From the NCBI RefSeq assembly GCF_009914755.1, contig NC_060932.1: 64,000 nt of DNA; one strand, written 5' to 3'. Positions within the stretch are counted from its first letter, which is position 1. Every line of letters begins with the position of its first letter. Source of the DNA: the human T2T-CHM13v2.0 reference genome, Homo sapiens. Of the stretch, positions 57,033 through 64,000 are shown piece by piece. The notes under the pieces were generated by a model that worked only from the letters and a program-made list of their open reading frames with translations, was not told where the DNA came from and searched no databases. The position numbers and the translations under genes are program-made.

Positions 57033-57907
57033 TTATGAAATAAAAACATATAACTGAAAGTTTAAAAATCACTCATTTTCCTTCACTCCAGAGAAAACTT
57101 TTGTTAATTTTTTTAGAATGCGTGTGTATATTGAAACAAAATTAGAGTCACACTGAATATAAAGTTTCTGTAATACAGCCACCATATTGTGAGGAACCTC
57201 AGGGCATAAAAAGATGCCTTGTATAGGTGTTTGAACCTCCAGGCCCCACCAAAGTCTCAGGTGACAGCCAGCATCCATCATCTGATATATGAGTTAGTGA
57301 GCCTTTAGATAATACCAGTCCCTGGCTGATGGCAAATAGAGAAGCAATGAGTTATCCATGCTGAACCATGCCAAATTGCAGATTCCAGAGCAAAAGAAAT
57401 GTTAGTGTTTGCGGCCACCAAATTCAAGGGTATTTCTTAGGTCATCAGAGTATTCATTTTGCAATCATATATTTTAAAATAATTGTAATTGAATTATAAC
57501 ATATATGGTGAAATGCATAGACCTGAAGTGTGTAGTTTGATCAATTTTGACAAATGTGTACACTTGCGTAACTCACACTTTGTAACCCTTGTAAAGGTGA
57601 ACATAGTAGACCAGAGTGAGCAAGGTGTAAGTATTAGATGATGAGTGAAAGAGATTGGGAGGCCTTTGGTTATAATAAAAATATCATAGGAAGCCATCGG
57701 ATTTTTAGAAATACACGTTGTATTTTAGAAAAGTTTTAAATTTACAGAAAGTTGTGAAAATAGTAGAGAGACTTCCCAAATAACTTACATCCAGTTTTTG
57801 CTGTTGTTAACGTGTTATATTAGTATTGTCATTTGTCGCAACTTGTGATACATTATTATTGACTAAATTCTATACTTGATTGATTTCTTTAGTTTTTACT
57901 TAAGGTC

Positions 57908-58286
57908 TGTATTAGTTAGCTGCCGTAACAAAATACCATAGACTGTGTGGATTAAACAACAGAAATTTATTTTTTCACAGATCTGGAGGCTGGAACTCTG
58001 AGATCTGGGTGCCAGCATGATTGGGTTCCAGTGAGGACTCTCTTCCTGGCTTGCAGAGGGGCACAGTCCCCTTTCCTAGGTGTGTTCTTGCTGAAAGAGA
58101 GAAAGAACAAGGTCTCTGTGTCTCTTTATAAGGGCACTAATCCCTTCAGGCCAAGGCCCTGCCCTCAGGACTTTATTGAATCCTGATTACCTCCCAAATG
58201 CCCTATCTCCAAATACCATTACATTCGGGGTTAAAGCTTCAACATATGAAGATTCTGGGCGGGCCACAAACATGCAGTTTATAACA
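57908..58286 (-). mobile_element. MaLR MLT1A-type solo LTR inserted in an old L1 fragment
   Basis: tgtattagtt...gccgtaacaaaataccatagactg...ggaggctggaa...ttataagggcactaatccc...gcagtttataaca; flanked by aggtc on both sides. Confidence 0.85.
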
Positions 58287-58620
58287 AGGTCCTTTTTGTG
58301 TTCCTGTATCTTATGTAGGTTACCATATTACATTTAGTCGTTGTGTCTCCTTAGCTTCCTTTAGACTGTGGCAGTTTCTCAGACTTTCCTTTCTTTTTTG
58401 TTAACCTTGTCAGCTTTGAGGACTACTGGTCATGCATTTTGTAGAATGTCCCTCAAGTGGGATTTATCAAATGTATTTCTTATGATGTGTCTGGTCTTAT
58501 GGGTGTTTGGGAGGAAGACCACAAAGATGAAGTGTCGTTTTCATCACATCATACAAAGGGTATGTGCTTTCAGTGTGACTGATCATTGTTGATGTTAATT
58601 TGGTCACCTGGCTGAGGTAG

Positions 58621-58912
58621 TGAAGCAGGATAATTTCCCTGACCCCTTTGCTGGTGGGAACTGAGATGTGGGTGCCGGAAGTAGCCGGCCACTTAGGTGC
58701 TGGTAGGGGCAGACCCCACTAACTGGAACCCCCTGTGCTCAACCCCCCGTGGGAGGGAACACACAGGTAAGTGAGCATAGGAGCCGGGTTGAGTGCTTTT
58801 GGGTGCCGGCAGGAGCAAAACTCTGTGTGGGCCCCGTGGCCCCAGAAGGAGTGTTACAGTCAGTGCTCTTTTAGCTTTGCCATCCATGGACAGTTTAAAT
58901 GTTAACAGCTTA
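58621..58912 (-). mobile_element. ERV1 LTR fragment (MER48/MER50-like)
   Basis: tgaagcaggataatttccctgacccc...gtgttacagtcagtgctcttttagctttgcc...aatgttaacagct. Confidence 0.65.
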
Positions 58913-59480
58913 GTGGAAGGTAAATGTGACAGCCTTTTTGCACCTGCCTGGAAGAGAAGTGGCTGTGGAATATGGGAAAGGGTGAATATGAAAGATTTTC
59001 CTTTCGACTGTGTTAAGTTTCAGATGCTTGCTATACTCTGAAGTAGAAATGTGGAGACCATTGAAAATGTGAGTCTGGAGTTCAGGGTATGGGGCAGGAC
59101 TCAAGATTCTATTTGGAGGTTGCACATTTTATCTTTAAAGGATTCTGTTGTATTTTTCAGAGTAAGAATTTCGTTTGATAGAATAAAGAGCCTGTGGTCA
59201 TTTGAGTAGAATGATGAGAAAAATTTAAATCAAACTTGTTTTTTTCCTGAAAGCATTGTGAATAAAGATAACAGTAAAATATAGGTGATTTTCAATCAGC
59301 ATCAGTGACCCATCTGTATCTGACCTGAGTCCCAGCTGATATAGCCAGTTGAATAGCAGAAAATTCAGAATTTGATTTGCATGTCTTAAAGCTATTGAGA
59401 AGAAAAATTAGACATTTAATTTTTTCCCCCTAAGGAACTATGTGCATATATTTTTGAGCCTTACCATTTTTTTTTCTTAG

Positions 59481-59646
59481 AGGGAAAGCAGTCAGGAGTG
59501 GGAGGCCTCTGAACAAGCTGTATTTTGTGTAGCCGCCAGCTTCCATCTTTCTCCAGGCAGAACGCTGGCCCTCAGCACATCTTTCTGCTTCCCCTCGGTC
59601 AGACCACCGAGAACTGCCGCTGTCCTGTCTGACTCCTCCTGTTTTG
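59481..59646 (+). other. Probable internal non-coding (5'UTR) exon, 166 nt
   Basis: Acceptor (t)9cttag|A and donor TTG|gtgagt; GC-richer unique sequence within AT-rich intron; no ATG; possible internal acceptor tttctccag near 59556. Confidence 0.65.
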
Positions 59647-60124
59647 GTGAGTAATATAGGGAGGCTGAGGGTTTGATATTATTTGGCTCCATATTTTAAA
59701 AAGATATTTGGTAGTTTATGTAAAATTACGTCTAATTTGATCAGTACCACTTATAACTTTAAGTTGTTGTACAGAAATTGATCCTTTATTATTTAGAAAA
59801 TAGACTTTAAAGTTAATAATATTGGGAGAATTCCTGGTTCTTTCCTTTTCCCTTCCCTCTCTTTTAGTTCTTTATTTATTTTTAGAGCTCTTTGTACTGG
59901 TACATCTTCCCTTTCCTGGGGAGTTGATTTTAAAAATTAGATTTGCAAGAGGTATCCTTTTAGAGGATGATGTAAGCCACTTGTACTCAAACTTAAGGAA
60001 AATAATTTTTTAAGTTCCCTGTGTGCCCTTTTTAGATCCCATCCCAGAGAGGAGTGACTTCTGCTAGATTGTGTTATTTCCTTTCTTTCTTCATAGTGTT
60101 GTCAACAAATATATATATGTATGT

Positions 60125-61540
<1,416 letters not shown>

Positions 61541-61681
61541 TAGCTAATCTATGGGGAGTTTTATTCTTCCTTACCTTATATAGACATATTTTCAATGAAA
61601 AGATAATCTGATTTATGTATTTATAAAAATAAATGTATATTTTATATCTATATCATATAATTTTACATCTATATCATATAA

Positions 61682-61993
<312 letters not shown>

Positions 61994-62369
61994 TGTATCA
62001 TATAATTTGGATCAAACTCTAAATGTAGCCAGGACATCAGTGGCAGGCTATATTCAGCACTGATGGGAGTCTCAGTGACCTGTAAAGCCTATGTCTCTCT
62101 ACACACTTCCTAGTTTGCTCTGCATGAGTCTCTGACCATGCAAATAGCTATATTGTGGCTATACTGTGCAGACAACTCATTCTATTTCAATTTTTTTCCA
62201 TGACTTATTATTCAAAATAATGTGATACAATAAAAATCAGATTTGCTATGGTCCCTGACCTCAGGTTTGCTTAGAGTCTCTGCAGGGGTTACAGAGAAGT
62301 AATTAGGAAATCAGAAATCAGTGTGGTTAATGTTCTGATGAGGAGGCAACAGGTCCTCATGAGAACAGA

Positions 62370-62470
62370 GAGAAGAGGTATCTGTTTTATTCTCTGCATC
62401 TCTAGTACCTAGTACAGGACCTGGCACATAGTAGGGTCTCACTAAATCTTTGTTGAATGAATGAATAAAC
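62370..62470 (+). mobile_element. L2 3' end
   Basis: acctagtacaggacctggcacatagtagg...tgttgaatgaatgaat. Confidence 0.8.
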
Positions 62471-62979
62471 TCAGCTGGGTGATCACAGGGTCACTTTTGG
62501 GGAAAACTTATGTCTGAGCCAAGTTATTGATATCTACAGGCAGTAAATGAATGGAGGGAATTCTCTCATGTGGATGCAATAAAATTCAGTGTCATAGAAG
62601 AACACAAAGCTTAGCAATCTAAATAGTTATCTAAAGCTGTCTTATTTGCAAGTGGGGAGTGGTTTTCAAAAGTGATTGCAGACTGAAGGCTAAGCAGAAG
62701 TAACTCTGACTAAAGTATGTATTGGACAAGGTTAGATGAGAACCGGAATTGATTTTATGAATTAGCATTTTTGGTTCTGGCTGTTGTATTTACCATTGCT
62801 AAGTTTAGTTTTTAACATATCTTAAAAATAATGATCTTCAAATGAATGAGAAGTATTTTTTGTGAAGCATGGTACAGCTTTCTCCAGGTCTTAACTACTA
62901 GTCTTATTCATATTATCTTTGCTTTAAAACAAAACTTTTCTATGTTCTAAATATATCTGTGATAAATCATGAGTTTACC

Positions 62980-63225
62980 ACTAATAATGGTGGGTCATAT
63001 ATTTGTGTTTTCATATGCCAGGTACTGTATTTAGAGCCTGCCATGGGTTATCTCATTTAATCCGGACAGTGGCCTGTGTGTAAGGAAACCAAACCTAGGG
63101 CTCCCATTTTATAGAAGAGGCAACTAAGTTTTGGGGAAGTTAGATAGTGTGTACCCAAGGTCACTTAGGTAAGCCTAGGACTCACATTTGAATCTAAGTC
63201 TGTCTGACTTCATTTAACCACTAAG
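62980..63225 (-). mobile_element. MIR
   Basis: tatgccaggtactg...atctcatttaatcc...cccattttatagaagaggcaactaag...cccaaggtcac...tttgaatctaagtctgtctgact. Confidence 0.8.
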
Positions 63226-63804
63226 CTATATGTGCTCTTTCCAATGTTTCATATGTCTTATTGTTAAACAAAAAAGGCCCAGGATTTCGTTTTACTTGTG
63301 TATAGATCCTTAGAAAGTTCATCAGTTAAATGAGGAAAGAGTTTGTTGTGAAATAACATATTAAGACTCCCCTAAAGGCAAATTACAGAAACCCACTTTA
63401 AACTAGCCGGCATGGCTGGATGCAGATGCTCCAACAATAAATACTGTGCTCTTCTTCTCTGTGTCTCCTCCTTTCTCCCCTTCCTCTTTCCCCCTCCCTC
63501 CTTATCCCACTGCCCCATTCCCTCTCTCATTCTGCTTTTCTTTGAGTGTTGGCCCATTCTTTCTTGTAACAGAAGCAGCCCCAATTGAAACCAGCTCCAC
63601 CTGTGATCCTAGGAAGAGAGAGCATCTTCTCTGGGAAGAAATGCCCTGGGGAAGACTCTTGGTCATGGGGACTGGGCGCTGTGACAGGACTTCGTGAACT
63701 ACATGGATTGTAGCTGTTGGGGTGACAACATATCCATACTTCATCTTGATAAGACATATCATTTGATGGTTGAAAGCTGTAATTATTTTAAGATAATACA
63801 CAAT

Positions 63805-64000
63805 AGATTTTAATAGCTTTATCAAGATATAATTCACATACCATAGGACTTACCCATTTAAAGTGTACAGTTCAATGGTTTTAATGTATTCACAGTTGTG
63901 CAGCTATCACCACTGTCTAATCTGTAACATTTCCATCACCAAAAGAAACTTTGCACCTATTAGCAGTCACTCCCCATTTTTCCCAAGCCCCTCAGCCTTA
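63805..64000 (-). mobile_element. L1MB-type 3' end, runs off the window
   Basis: agctttatcaagatataattcacataccat...aaagtgtacagttcaatgg...cagtcactcccc. Confidence 0.85.

Noticed and set aside
63572-63700. Possible + strand exon after ttctttcttgtaacag containing a short ATG ORF
   Set aside because: The acceptor is plausible, but there is no strong donor and the ORF stops after 18 codons.

Overview
Repeat-rich primate (probably human or great-ape) genomic DNA, dominated by L1, Alu, LTR, MIR/L2 and Tigger relics. I found no credible protein-coding exon; most of the ORF track is Alu/L1 or CpG-island noise. A CpG-island promoter lies at about 51.2-52.6 kb, with CCAAT/GC boxes, an ATG-less first exon (donor 51766) and a probable second non-coding exon at 59481-59646. 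These belong to a + strand gene I cannot name. The most unusual structure surrounds this promoter. Promoter and exon 1 are enclosed by a unique-sequence 244-bp inverted repeat (50311-50554 / 51904-52147, 8 mismatches, no gaps). A second, more diverged 52-bp inverted repeat is nested inside it (51068-51119 / 51646-51696) and shares nearly the same symmetry axis once an intervening Alu is removed. This suggests a potentially invertible or mirror-symmetric promoter cassette. Other items are a tailless 5S rRNA retropseudogene with a 14-bp TSD, several nested TE insertions with clean TSDs, and weak candidate minus-strand exons at 30.5-34 kb. All alignments were done by eye, and repeat subfamily calls are from recalled consensus features, not a database search.
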